Shown here in pieces: positions 24,177 to 33,447 of a DNA stretch of 33,852 nt. Origin of the DNA: a virus (taxonomy: Duplodnaviria; Caudoviricetes); IMG/VR virus record IMGVR_UViG_3300020044_003574, positions 1 through 33,852 of that record; one strand, given 5' to 3'. The first letter of the stretch is position 1; each line of letters begins with the position of its first letter. The position numbers and the translations under genes are program-made. Under the pieces are notes generated by a model. That model ran no database searches, was not told the DNA's origin, and saw only the letters and a program-made list of their open reading frames with translations.

Positions 24177-25367
24177 TTAGGAAGCTGCTCCAGCAAAATA
24201 CTTCACATGTGAAGTCTGGATTAGATTGCCATCCACCCGCATTGTTGCGCGGAAGGTAATTAAATCGTTTTGGAAGGCATAGTCATCCGAACGATCTAGG
24301 CGCAATCCACCAACGGTGCGAGCGAAGTAACTTGGAAGATTTCCAAAGATTACTGACTTCGCGCTTGTTGCTGGGGATGCCATAGCTGGGTTCTCAAAGA
24401 TTGGGTAACCAAGCAATAGATCACGAGATTCAGCAGATAGTGATGGTGTGAATAGGTATTGACCCTGTCCATCCTTCAACTTACGAACAGCAGAAATTGC
24501 CTGTGCGTTCATCTGGAAACCAGTTCCCGGAAGAGTGCGACCTGCGGTATCTACGCTGTAAACCAAGTCAATGATGTTATCAGCTGTGAATGCGCCAGAT
24601 ACGCCAGTTCCACCAGTAATGCCTGAACCTGCAGCAGTTACGATACCTGTTGGCTGAGTTGTACCAGTTCCAACAGTTAGAGCGTTATTGACTGCAAAGC
24701 CAAGTGCGTTACCTGTCTGTGAAGCAAGGAATCCAAGAATGTCCACGCCTGCATCTTCAACCATTTCGCGGCTGATCTGAGTTAGGAATGAATACTTGTA
24801 TGCACCAAGTGTCTTGAATGCATTGAAAGTTGGATCGCTTTCGCCAATAGGTGCAGCTTCAGCAGTAACAGTACCAACAGAATAAGCGGCTAGTGACGGA
24901 ATCTGAAGATTTTCGCCGCCAGCTGTATTAAGGATGGTTGATGTTTCTAGCATTGGACCTACGAAACGTGCAAGTTCAATTACACGATCATAAAAACTCG
25001 TTGGAATCGGAGCTCCCGTACTGCCCTTGGTTACGTCGCGCTTCTCGAACGAGTGGGAACGAATCTCACCACGAGCTAGGGAACGGATAAGTTCAGCTTC
25101 GTCAATTGCTGGAACAGCAACGGCTGGCTTAACTTGTGCTTCAAAACCTTGCATAGCTTCAGCAGCGCGTTCTTCGCGTTCTGCCTGTGCCTTCATGGTT
25201 TCCATTACCAATGAACGCTGATCAAGGTCTGCCATGATGCGGTCATAGGTCTGGTTTTCTTCTGCGGATAGATCGCGCTTTTCAGCTGCTGCTGAGTCAA
25301 GAAGAGCCTTTGCTTCTTCCCAAGCCTTTGCACGAGCTTCTGCTTGCTGACGAATGTAGTCAGACAT
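24177..25367 (-). CDS. Major capsid protein, HK97 fold (start revised to 25367)
   Basis: Coiled-coil delta domain ending EKR; G.G..QP.GI; D..GQYL; F..D...FRA..RVDG; SD AGGAG. Confidence 0.95.
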   Translation of the reverse strand: MSDYIRQQAEARAKAWEEAKALLDSAAAEKRDLSAEENQTYDRIMADLDQRSLVMETMKAQAEREERAAEAMQGFEAQVKPAVAVPAIDEAELIRSLARGEIRSHSFEKRDVTKGSTGAPIPTSFYDRVIELARFVGPMLETSTILNTAGGENLQIPSLAAYSVGTVTAEAAPIGESDPTFNAFKTLGAYKYSFLTQISREMVEDAGVDILGFLASQTGNALGFAVNNALTVGTGTTQPTGIVTAAGSGITGGTGVSGAFTADNIIDLVYSVDTAGRTLPGTGFQMNAQAISAVRKLKDGQGQYLFTPSLSAESRDLLLGYPIFENPAMASPATSAKSVIFGNLPSYFARTVGGLRLDRSDDYAFQNDLITFRATMRVDGNLIQTSHVKYFAGAAS

Positions 25368-25470
25368 AGTTACTCCTAAAGTGTTTGATTGGATTGGTCT
25401 TACAGTTTCTGCGTGGCTCCACGACAGTTGCGCAATGGCGGCTCCGCACAATGCTTATCTAATTATGGCA
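25368..25470 (-). promoter_or_regulatory. Capsid gene promoter and structured leader
   Basis: TGCCATAAT 25462-25470; hairpins GCGGAGCCGC (25438-25447) and CGTGGAGCCACG (25412-25423). Confidence 0.6.
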
Positions 25471-25471
25471 C

Positions 25472-25513
25472 AAATAAAAACAGACCCACATCCTTCCCCT
25501 GATGCAGGTCTGT
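25472..25513 (-). terminator. Terminator after the protease gene
   Basis: ACAGACCTGCATC...GATGTGGGTCTGT-TTTTATTT. Confidence 0.75.
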
Positions 25514-25525
25514 CTATGAGAAAGT

Positions 25526-27535
25526 TTAGAACGCTTTGAGCATTAAATCAAGTTGCTTGCGCTTAATGTCTAGTAACTCAGTTGAGCTTGGTTGATCTGC
25601 TCTTAGTTTGGAAACAACCTCACTAATCAAGTCTGCGTGATTTGGTTCTAGTGTTTCGCCAGCTTCTAATCTTGTGATGGCATCACTTAAAGCGTCTACG
25701 TCTACGGCAGTACGAGTTGCAAGAATGTCTAACGAACGAACACTTGCAGTTGTTGCTTCATAAGCAGGGAATCCAGTAACAATAGAAACTTCATGTAGAC
25801 GTACTTGATGCAATTCGCGTGTTGCTCCGTCTTGACTCCAAGAATCGCCCTTTGGTGGAACGCTGAAGCCAAATGACATTGAAGAAACATCGCCACGCTT
25901 CATAAGAACCGACAGGTCGCGCCCTGCGCTAGTGTCAGGCAGTTCAGCTTGTGCAAGTAATCCGCGTGAATCTTCAGATAGCTTCAAAGTTCCAGCGCGT
26001 GTAGAACCTAGAACTACATCTGTATTGTGATTCATGAACAACTTAATTTCATTGCGAGATTTTAGAGAACGCTTGAATGCGCCTTCTTTGATTATTTCTG
26101 TGAACGGTAGCGGTTCTGACGGGCTATTAAATACAGCTGCGTATCCTGTAAAACTCATGCCGTCGCTTGATGCTTCGCCATTGCGAACGTCAAACTCAAC
26201 GGTATTAACGCGGCGTTCTACTGTGGTGGTCATTTGTTGCCTTTCGTCTTTGTTTAAGTTTAACGCGATAGTGCGCCATTTCTCATTCTGTAAATCATTA
26301 GCACTACGTTCTTCAGCTCGTATGCGTTCAACTACTTGTTCTGCGTAAGCCATAGTTCTACGAGCTTGCGCTTTAGTCGCGCCAGAACCCCAGAGAAAGT
26401 GAGCAACAACGCCTGCACTTGGATAGTTATCATTAGAAGGATTAGCATCAGGGGCTTCCAGATCAGGTAGATGCCTAGCAATCCAAGCAGCGATACGAAT
26501 CCATTTATCATCTGAAACCTTGCCTTCTGCCATTAGTCGAGCTTCTCGAACGGTCTTATCTGTTAGACCGTCACCAGCTTTACCTTCTGCGTAGAACTCC
26601 AAACCACGTCTAGCAGCTGCTCTCATGTATGAAGGTGCTTCTTGATTTATAGCGCGTGTGTTTTCTTCGTCTGAATCATTCTCATCACTAGGTACATCTG
26701 GAACATCAGAAACATCTAGTGCAGTAATTCCAAGTTCGCGATAGACCTTGCGATTATCAGGGTTGTTATCTATTGCAATAATTACGTTGTATTCTTCTAA
26801 AAGTTTTTCCGCAGTTGCCTTTTTAAACTCTGGTGTTTGTTCGCTATTGCCGGGATTCATGAACAAGCGATCATAGTCAATGCCTAAAGAATCAAGTTCC
26901 GCAATAGTTGAATCGCGCTGTGAATCGTTGCGACCTGTGACAATAAAGATTTCTGTATCTTCCATGTCATCTATGTAGTTATAGGTTTTCTCAATTAAAC
27001 GACCACCTGAAATAAGTGTGCCGTCAATGTCCACAATTACAGCTAGTGCGCCAGATTCAATGCGTACAGAATCTTCTTCTACATCCTGCATTTCATCTTG
27101 CATTTCATTTATAAGTTCATCTTGACCTTCATAGTCCATCTTGGTTAATGGCGCGAAACCTTTAACCACGAACTCATTTGTTTCAGTCAAAGTTCCATTG
27201 TCATTTGTGTAAACCTGAATTGTTGCAATTGGTCTATCTTGCGTGGCTACTATGTCACCACCTAGCGGATTCTTTACTGCGCCAAATGTTGAGATAAAAG
27301 TTATCTCGCCATAGATAGTGTTGCCAGCGTTATCCCAAAAGACATAATCGCCAACTTCAAGTTCATCATTAAGTGCGCGTTCACCGCCGGGTTCCATGTC
27401 CTCAGCTACTGATACTGCAACCATCTGATCTATTGCATCTTGCTTAGTTGCATGGCAACCGATAACTTCACCATCTTCTTTAATGGTTGCCCAACCTGAG
27501 CAGTCAGGGGATTCATTTGTTATAAAGTATGGCAT
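25526..27535 (-). CDS. Multi-domain prohead protease precursor: Cys/His N-domain, SH3/Tudor-like domain, HAD phosphatase, helical domain, HK97-type protease (start revised to 27535; internal start 26233)
   Basis: Protease motifs FTGYAAVFN, LFMNHN, MSFGFSV, L.EVSIV..PAY; HAD motifs DIDGT, VTGR, K, IDNN; TGATG coupling. Confidence 0.9.
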   Translation of the reverse strand: MPYFITNESPDCSGWATIKEDGEVIGCHATKQDAIDQMVAVSVAEDMEPGGERALNDELEVGDYVFWDNAGNTIYGEITFISTFGAVKNPLGGDIVATQDRPIATIQVYTNDNGTLTETNEFVVKGFAPLTKMDYEGQDELINEMQDEMQDVEEDSVRIESGALAVIVDIDGTLISGGRLIEKTYNYIDDMEDTEIFIVTGRNDSQRDSTIAELDSLGIDYDRLFMNPGNSEQTPEFKKATAEKLLEEYNVIIAIDNNPDNRKVYRELGITALDVSDVPDVPSDENDSDEENTRAINQEAPSYMRAAARRGLEFYAEGKAGDGLTDKTVREARLMAEGKVSDDKWIRIAAWIARHLPDLEAPDANPSNDNYPSAGVVAHFLWGSGATKAQARRTMAYAEQVVERIRAEERSANDLQNEKWRTIALNLNKDERQQMTTTVERRVNTVEFDVRNGEASSDGMSFTGYAAVFNSPSEPLPFTEIIKEGAFKRSLKSRNEIKLFMNHNTDVVLGSTRAGTLKLSEDSRGLLAQAELPDTSAGRDLSVLMKRGDVSSMSFGFSVPPKGDSWSQDGATRELHQVRLHEVSIVTGFPAYEATTASVRSLDILATRTAVDVDALSDAITRLEAGETLEPNHADLISEVVSKLRADQPSSTELLDIKRKQLDLMLKAF

Positions 27536-27801
27536 CAGTATTGTGTCTGCCTTAACCAAGAAATAAGATGAGAACCTGTTTCGCTTACTGCATACAAGGC
27601 TTCACCGGGATTCAACATAATTTCCAGACTATCTAATTTCTCTAAAACCAAGCCAGTAGTTATTGAAACATTACCGTTGCCAACATAAAGAACTTTAGTG
27701 TTGTCCATATTATGAATGTGCAAGCGTGAAGGGTTAGGACTTTGCCCGTCAATTTGAACTGGCGTTGTACCAACTAAAACGTGACCCGTTGAGATAGCCA
27801 T
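27535..27801 (-). CDS. Small all-beta head-module protein, possible decoration protein
   Basis: Between portal and protease; L.IHN.....LYVG...V....G..L pattern. Confidence 0.6.
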   Translation of the reverse strand: MAISTGHVLVGTTPVQIDGQSPNPSRLHIHNMDNTKVLYVGNGNVSITTGLVLEKLDSLEIMLNPGEALYAVSETGSHLISWLRQTQY

Positions 27802-27803
27802 AA

Positions 27804-29159
27804 CTAAACCTCGTAAACAGACTCTGGATTTTCAGGGTCAATCTGAGCAATAGCTTGTAGCTGTGTAGAAGGAAGCCCTGTATGCGAGATAGCAGGCAAG
27901 CTCAAGGCAGATAGAACGCCAGCAGGGTCAAAGCCACTAAGGATAAGTTTCTGAGCCATAGTAACGCGCTTGTCCGTTTCAACGAGTGAAGCAGCACCAA
28001 GATCCACGTTAGCCAAAGGCACACGATAAACGTCACCACCAGTAACAGGTCGTAAGTCCTCGAAACGTCTAATGTCATTAACACTTAAGAATCCTGCTTG
28101 TGAACCAATGCTGTATCCGTTCATTCTAGTTGCGAAGTCACCGCGAAGTAATCCATCTACATTGAATCGAATAAATGCACCGTCTGGCAAAAGTGCGCTG
28201 TAAGCATCTTCAATCTTTGCAACGTATGGGCGTAACGTATGAGTTACAAAGTTAATGTTGTTCTGTTCAACTGAAGCGTAAGACATTGCGCCCGGTGTTG
28301 TAATTCCAATCATGTGTGGTGGAACTCTAAACATACGAGCTACTTCTTCAATCGCTAACTTGCGACTATCTAACATCTGAGCTTCATCAGGGTTTACGCC
28401 AGTTCTAACAAACTTTGCGCCACCTGTTAGCAGACCAGTCTTATGTGCTTTACGCCATCCATTATGACGTGAGTTGAATCCGTCTACTAGCTGTTTGGCT
28501 TGATCGCTATTTAAACCTTGTGGCGTTTCAATGATGCCTGATGTGGTTGCGCCTTGACCAAAGAAACGTGAAGCGAAAGATTGAAGGGCACTAGATAAAC
28601 CTAGATTGTCTTTTAGTTCAGTAACACGCGACATGCCGCGAAGTTCTCCAGCTTTACGCATTTCAGTAATTTGAATCATGTCACGCTTGGAAACTATGTT
28701 TTCATTTGAACCGTCAATAATGTATTCGATCTCACGAGTTACTTTATTTCGAGTTACTGTTACTCGTGTTGGGTCAATAACAACTAAGTTAATTACTTGA
28801 CCTGAGTTATCGCGAAACACGCGAACAAATGCGTTGCCGTCTAGCAATAGCGAAATAAGAACTTGCTGATAATGCTCAGAACGTAATAGGTCTACATCTG
28901 GTCGCTGAACCCATGCAGGCTGTGGGCGATAAGGAACACGGTCACCGTCACGTCTAATAAAAGAATCAACTGGCAAGGTACTAATGGTGTCAGAGATTAA
29001 AAGAACGCAAGCATAGAAAGCGTTGATCTTTATTGCTTGATTCTGATCTATGTTTGTACCAGCTTCAGTTGTGAAAGCAAAAGAATCACCAGCACCCCAG
29101 ACAGATTGAAAGCTAATGGCGCGTTCTTCTTTGCCACTACCTGATAAATTTCCGAGCAT
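27804..29159 (-). CDS. Portal protein, HK97 family
   Basis: ACV.LISDTISTLP, LLL.GNAF, AR.F.VPPH.IG, LS.NDIR..EDL.P. Confidence 0.95.
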   Translation of the reverse strand: MLGNLSGSGKEERAISFQSVWGAGDSFAFTTEAGTNIDQNQAIKINAFYACVLLISDTISTLPVDSFIRRDGDRVPYRPQPAWVQRPDVDLLRSEHYQQVLISLLLDGNAFVRVFRDNSGQVINLVVIDPTRVTVTRNKVTREIEYIIDGSNENIVSKRDMIQITEMRKAGELRGMSRVTELKDNLGLSSALQSFASRFFGQGATTSGIIETPQGLNSDQAKQLVDGFNSRHNGWRKAHKTGLLTGGAKFVRTGVNPDEAQMLDSRKLAIEEVARMFRVPPHMIGITTPGAMSYASVEQNNINFVTHTLRPYVAKIEDAYSALLPDGAFIRFNVDGLLRGDFATRMNGYSIGSQAGFLSVNDIRRFEDLRPVTGGDVYRVPLANVDLGAASLVETDKRVTMAQKLILSGFDPAGVLSALSLPAISHTGLPSTQLQAIAQIDPENPESVYEV

Positions 29160-29296
29160 TACTGACCCTTCTCAATCGCAATACCGATAAGCAAGCATGA
29201 TGCTCCAGCAGCGACAATTCCTAATGGCAGGATAAACAAACCGAGTCCTATTGAGATTGTTGCTAGACCTACTACTTGCAGGATAGTTGGGATCAA
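29159..29296 (-). CDS. Small membrane protein, 45 aa, DUF1056-like (absent from ORF track)
   Basis: SD AGGAG + TTG; MIPTILQVVGLATISIGLGLFILPLGIVAAGASCLLIGIAIEKGQ*; coupled to portal. Confidence 0.75.
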   Translation of the reverse strand: MIPTILQVVGLATISIGLGLFILPLGIVAAGASCLLIGIAIEKGQ

Positions 29297-29305
29297 CGCA
29301 AACTC

Positions 29306-30826
29306 CTAGAAACTAAAGAACTGTGGTACAACGGGTTCTTCTCTTGAAACAGTTGCCCTATCAAATCCTATGATACTAGCAACTGCAGCATCTATCTTTC
29401 GTGGCGAACCGCGGTGTTCTTTTACAATTCGCGGTCCTAGCCGATCAGTCTTAACAACGGCATTTTGTAGATGTCTAAGCAATAGTGGATTACCGTCATG
29501 TGTCAGCTTGTTAGCTACAACGGCATCATAGAATTTGGCACACGCCGGCACCATTCGAGCTGGTGAAGTAGAAGGCCATTCAACAATTGGAAATCCTGCT
29601 TCATCTAATACTTGCATTGTGCGTTGCCAACGGAATGGGTCACAGGCAATTTCTCTTACATTGTGAGTTGAGCAAAATTCAATAATGGTGTTTTCTACTT
29701 CTAGAATGTCTACGCGCCAATCATCCGCATCTTCAGGTTGTTTTTCCCATGCCTTAACCATAAAGACATAAGGCTGTTCTTCACAAGTAACTCCAACGAT
29801 TACGGAAGCATCACCACTAAACGAACCGTCAAAGCCTAAGACAATTGGCACATCTGCTCCAATTTCACGTTTAAGTTCTAGCTGTTCCCATGCGCCATTT
29901 GGAAGCCATGCAGTCTGACTACTTACCCATTGATTACAACGCTTAGTTCTAAACTCAGCTTCTGGGGTTCTCTTGACCATAGCTGCAAAATCTTTAGGGT
30001 CATTCAAATCACCGTATGCAGGATTAGCTTGTTTCCAAGTTAGTTCTAAATGATGATCAGCTTCAGCTTCTGACTCCCACCAAGCCATGAAGAAACTAGG
30101 GTCATCTATTTCTTTTTGCGCTACGCGCTTGCCGTACTGATACAAGTTGTAAGCAATTGAATCTTGACCAGATGAATCTGCCTTTACGCCGGCGGTAGTT
30201 ACAGCAATAAGCATTGGTTCACGCCTTGCACCCATACCAAGTTGCATAACGTCAAAGAGTTCACGATTCGGACTTGCGTGTAATTCATCAAATATTACAA
30301 GCGTAGGACTCAATCCTTCTTTTGAGTAGCTCTCACTTGATAGAACGCGATACACAGAACCCGTAGCTGGAACTTCAATCGCATCTCTATAAACGTTGCA
30401 TAGTTCAGCAAGTTCTGGTTCAGCTTCAATCATTCTTTTGGCATCACTAAAAACAATGCGAGCTTGATCTTTGTCAGCTGCACAAGAATAGACTTCACCG
30501 CCAGCCGGACCCATGATGAGTGACCAAAGACCAATGCCAGAACCTAATGCGCTTTTACCGTTCTTGCGAGCCATACCAATAAGCGCGGTTCGGTGTCGAA
30601 ACTTTCCATCAGAACCAACGGCAAACAAATGTCTAAATAGCTCATGTTGCCAATCTCGTAGTTGCATCTTGTCACCGGCATAACCAGCAACTGTTTCTTT
30701 TGTCTGAATAGCAAACGTGTCTATAAAGTCAGATACTTGTAAGCCACGCGATTTAGTAAGCGCGGCTTTATTCACAGGTGTTAGCCAAGTTGGCGGCCAT
30801 GATTCAATTTTGGTTACGTTTGCCAT
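29306..30826 (-). CDS. terL: Terminase large subunit
   Basis: ARKNGKS, IFDELH, TTAG, GFDGS, KIDAAVA. Confidence 0.96.
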   Translation of the reverse strand: MANVTKIESWPPTWLTPVNKAALTKSRGLQVSDFIDTFAIQTKETVAGYAGDKMQLRDWQHELFRHLFAVGSDGKFRHRTALIGMARKNGKSALGSGIGLWSLIMGPAGGEVYSCAADKDQARIVFSDAKRMIEAEPELAELCNVYRDAIEVPATGSVYRVLSSESYSKEGLSPTLVIFDELHASPNRELFDVMQLGMGARREPMLIAVTTAGVKADSSGQDSIAYNLYQYGKRVAQKEIDDPSFFMAWWESEAEADHHLELTWKQANPAYGDLNDPKDFAAMVKRTPEAEFRTKRCNQWVSSQTAWLPNGAWEQLELKREIGADVPIVLGFDGSFSGDASVIVGVTCEEQPYVFMVKAWEKQPEDADDWRVDILEVENTIIEFCSTHNVREIACDPFRWQRTMQVLDEAGFPIVEWPSTSPARMVPACAKFYDAVVANKLTHDGNPLLLRHLQNAVVKTDRLGPRIVKEHRGSPRKIDAAVASIIGFDRATVSREEPVVPQFFSF

Positions 30827-31223
30827 AATAACTATCTATAATTTCTTTAGCCATTTTCTGATTTTCTGCTGGTCGCTTTGTTAAACGCTCTAAACAAACT
30901 AGCTTGCCGGGGTTCATTTCCACAAACTGTGCGCCAAATGATCTATACATGGAACGTACGTCTGGTTCTGGGTCTGTGTGAATAACCCATAATCCCCAGT
31001 ATCTTTCGCCCTGAGCTTGCATAAGTGCAGCTTTAACTGCGGCATTTCTCGCAGCTCTTGCAACTTTTCTAATTCGTTCTGAGTAAGTAAATGAAGTAAT
31101 TTCTTCAGAGGACAATGCTAAGGCAATTCTGTCCATATCAATAATGCAATCCTCTAACTTTGCATTTTCTTTTATGTAAGTAGATTTACCTGAACATGGT
31201 GGACCAGTTACAACAGTAATCAT
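30804..31223 (-). CDS. P-loop kinase (AAA_33/polynucleotide-kinase-like)
   Basis: VVTGPPCSGKST, IIDMD, CLERL..RP lid. Confidence 0.8.
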   Translation of the reverse strand: MITVVTGPPCSGKSTYIKENAKLEDCIIDMDRIALALSSEEITSFTYSERIRKVARAARNAAVKAALMQAQGERYWGLWVIHTDPEPDVRSMYRSFGAQFVEMNPGKLVCLERLTKRPAENQKMAKEIIDSYYGKRNQN

Positions 31224-31666
31224 TGGTTGGCACGAGCCTTCAATTCTTCTAGCTTAGAAGCTCTCTTTACTTCAGCTACTCCAAGTCTTGAACGATCAGT
31301 TGGAGTAAATCCTAGAAGTGAAAGATTGGCAACCAATTGCCGGTCTAGTTCTCTAAGTGACTTACGTTCATCTGGGCGATTATTTTGCAAAACTTGAATA
31401 CGCAGATTACGGCGTTCATCAAGTAGTTCACAAGTCATCAAAAGAATTTCAATGTCAGTTAATGGGCTTAGCCACGTTTGACCCATTCCCCAGATACGCT
31501 CCCAAAGTTCTGTGCCGGCAGAACCCAATGGGCGGTTAGGTTCTGGAATGTTATAGGCAGAAGGAAGAAGCACAAGCTCATTCTGATCAGGCAACGTACG
31601 CTTGCCTGGGTTGCCAGTAAGGCGTTTTTGTTCTATCGGTTTTGGTGGTCTACCTCTGGGAGCCAT
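31220..31666 (-). CDS. terS: Terminase small subunit (P27-like)
   Basis: GRPPKP...KRLTGNPGKR; LGFTPTDRSRL. Confidence 0.9.
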   Translation of the reverse strand: MAPRGRPPKPIEQKRLTGNPGKRTLPDQNELVLLPSAYNIPEPNRPLGSAGTELWERIWGMGQTWLSPLTDIEILLMTCELLDERRNLRIQVLQNNRPDERKSLRELDRQLVANLSLLGFTPTDRSRLGVAEVKRASKLEELKARANQ

Positions 31667-31669
31667 AAC

Positions 31670-32551
31670 TTAACCAATCATTTCACATAAGACTTTGTTT
31701 GTATTGCCTGCATATTTAAATGATGCAGTCAATCTACTGTTTGAGTTTGTGTTGGCAAACGCTTTAGCAGTAGATGTTTTACCAACTTTACTAGCATTCG
31801 TTGGTTTTCTTCTCATGCTCCAATTATCTGATCTGTTTAATGAATAAATTAAAGCTGGATGACTTGTTGTTATGTATAAACTTTTATCTAGATTTTTGTA
31901 AGAACCAGCAATTGTGTTTATGAATTTCTGAGCTAACCCAATACCTTGAAAGTCTGGCAATACAACCAATCTAGAAATGCGCCATGCGTTCTTAATGCTG
32001 TGATGTGGCAATGGCAAAATGGCACACAAGCAAGCTGGTTGATTATCTATAAAACCAACAAAGACGGTAGCTGCATTATTTAAATCGTGATCTAGATAAT
32101 GATGCCTACTGAAGAAACTCCATGCCTTGTAAGTTGTTCTGACAATTTCAAGATGAACTTCTGGTCTGGGTTGAAGTGACCTCCAAGTGAATAAACCAGA
32201 AATTGGTTCGTAAATCCAATCAGGTTGCAACCATTCAGTTACGTCAGCATGACAAGTCACCGCTACAAATTTTTGATTCTTGCTTCTTACTGTTTTTGCA
32301 ATTGCGTGAGAACCAATTTTGGCAACAGTTCTATCTATTACTGAAGTGAACTCGTCAATGATTGCTATTTCTTTTTGCTCTGCAAGTAATCTAGCCATAG
32401 ATACACGAAACTGCTCACCGTTTGAAAGCTGTTCAAATGATCTAAGCCAAGCTGGTGGACTTGAGAATCCGACACTAGATAATAATTCTGTAATGTCTTT
32501 GATAGTCATTGTCTGTGGGAATTCATCCACAATGGATTTACCTTTTGACCA
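31670..32551 (-). CDS. ABC-type ATPase/GNAT acetyltransferase fusion, 5'-truncated (no Walker A)
   Basis: LSNGEQFR, IIDEFTS..DR, VTCH, FSRHHYL, RISRLVVLPDFQGIGL; frame opens at WSKGKSIVDEFP after an in-frame TAA at 32552-32554. Confidence 0.85.
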   Translation of the reverse strand, partial: WSKGKSIVDEFPQTMTIKDITELLSSVGFSSPPAWLRSFEQLSNGEQFRVSMARLLAEQKEIAIIDEFTSVIDRTVAKIGSHAIAKTVRSKNQKFVAVTCHADVTEWLQPDWIYEPISGLFTWRSLQPRPEVHLEIVRTTYKAWSFFSRHHYLDHDLNNAATVFVGFIDNQPACLCAILPLPHHSIKNAWRISRLVVLPDFQGIGLAQKFINTIAGSYKNLDKSLYITTSHPALIYSLNRSDNWSMRRKPTNASKVGKTSTAKAFANTNSNSRLTASFKYAGNTNKVLCEMIG

Positions 32552-33369
32552 TTAGCTTCAACTGTTTGATATTCTTTAGTCCAAGATTCTTTAAGTTTCT
32601 TAGAAAGTTTTATACCCCCAATTTCTTCTGTAGACTCAATAAAGTCTTGTAAGTCCTGTAGTTGCTTTTGTGCTTGTGCTTGTTGGTATTGTCCTTGTTT
32701 AGCTACTTCCTGTTTTAGTTGTGCTTCGTAATTATATACTACTTCAACTAACTCATCATAGTTAGATTCAGCTTCTTCCATTAATACACCTGCTTCTTTA
32801 GACTTCTTAATTTCTTTCTCTATCTTTTCAGGAGAGAAATTAGTAGTATTACGCAAGTATTCTTTTTGTATTTTTTCAGCTAACTCTAAATCAGAAGAAA
32901 TATCATCTTTGTTAATTTGTGAGATAGTCTTTAGAGATTTCATCAAATCTGCTGCATCTTCAACTGATACACCATTATCAACTAACTCAATGAATTTCTT
33001 ATTAAGAGGGTTAAGATTATTCTGTATATGAGAGTCTAGTTTTACTTGGGCTTTCCTATCTGATAGATCTTCTTGCAAAGACAAGTAACTTTCTATTGTA
33101 CCGTCAAAATCTTCAGGATTAAATTCTAATCCTTCTTTTTCGTAAAGAGCTTTAAGAGTAGTTGATAGTACATCATTACTTTCAGTTGCTTTAGTAGGCT
33201 TTGTTTTAGGTTCTTCTTCTGAAACTTTTACTATGTCATCAAAAGCAATAAGACCATCATCTGAAGTTACTTCAGCTTTAGGTTCTTTTTCTTCTGTTGT
33301 TTCCTTTTTAGGTTCTGGTTCTTTACCAATCTGGTCAAAAGGAATTACTTCTAAATTTTCTATTTCCAT
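32506..33369 (-). CDS. Acidic coiled-coil protein of the foreign AT-rich segment, possible scaffold; C-terminus probably artefactual
   Basis: E/K-rich, no SD, AT-rich codons; last residues read through the junction. Confidence 0.65.
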   Translation of the reverse strand: MEIENLEVIPFDQIGKEPEPKKETTEEKEPKAEVTSDDGLIAFDDIVKVSEEEPKTKPTKATESNDVLSTTLKALYEKEGLEFNPEDFDGTIESYLSLQEDLSDRKAQVKLDSHIQNNLNPLNKKFIELVDNGVSVEDAADLMKSLKTISQINKDDISSDLELAEKIQKEYLRNTTNFSPEKIEKEIKKSKEAGVLMEEAESNYDELVEVVYNYEAQLKQEVAKQGQYQQAQAQKQLQDLQDFIESTEEIGGIKLSKKLKESWTKEYQTVEANGQKVNPLWMNSHRQ

Positions 33370-33447
33370 AAAATATATGTTTTAAACGTACAAATATTAG
33401 CTATTTGTTGCAATAAATAAAATTAAAAATATAGGCATATATAGCAA

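Noticed and set aside
1-32550. Integrated prophage, tRNA or rRNA genes
   Set aside because: No integrase, att site, host flank or cloverleaf recognised by eye; lifestyle undetermined because the genome ends are missing
843-32555. All plus-strand ORFs in the track
   Set aside because: Antisense shadows of well-supported minus-strand genes or regulatory elements; no motifs or RBS
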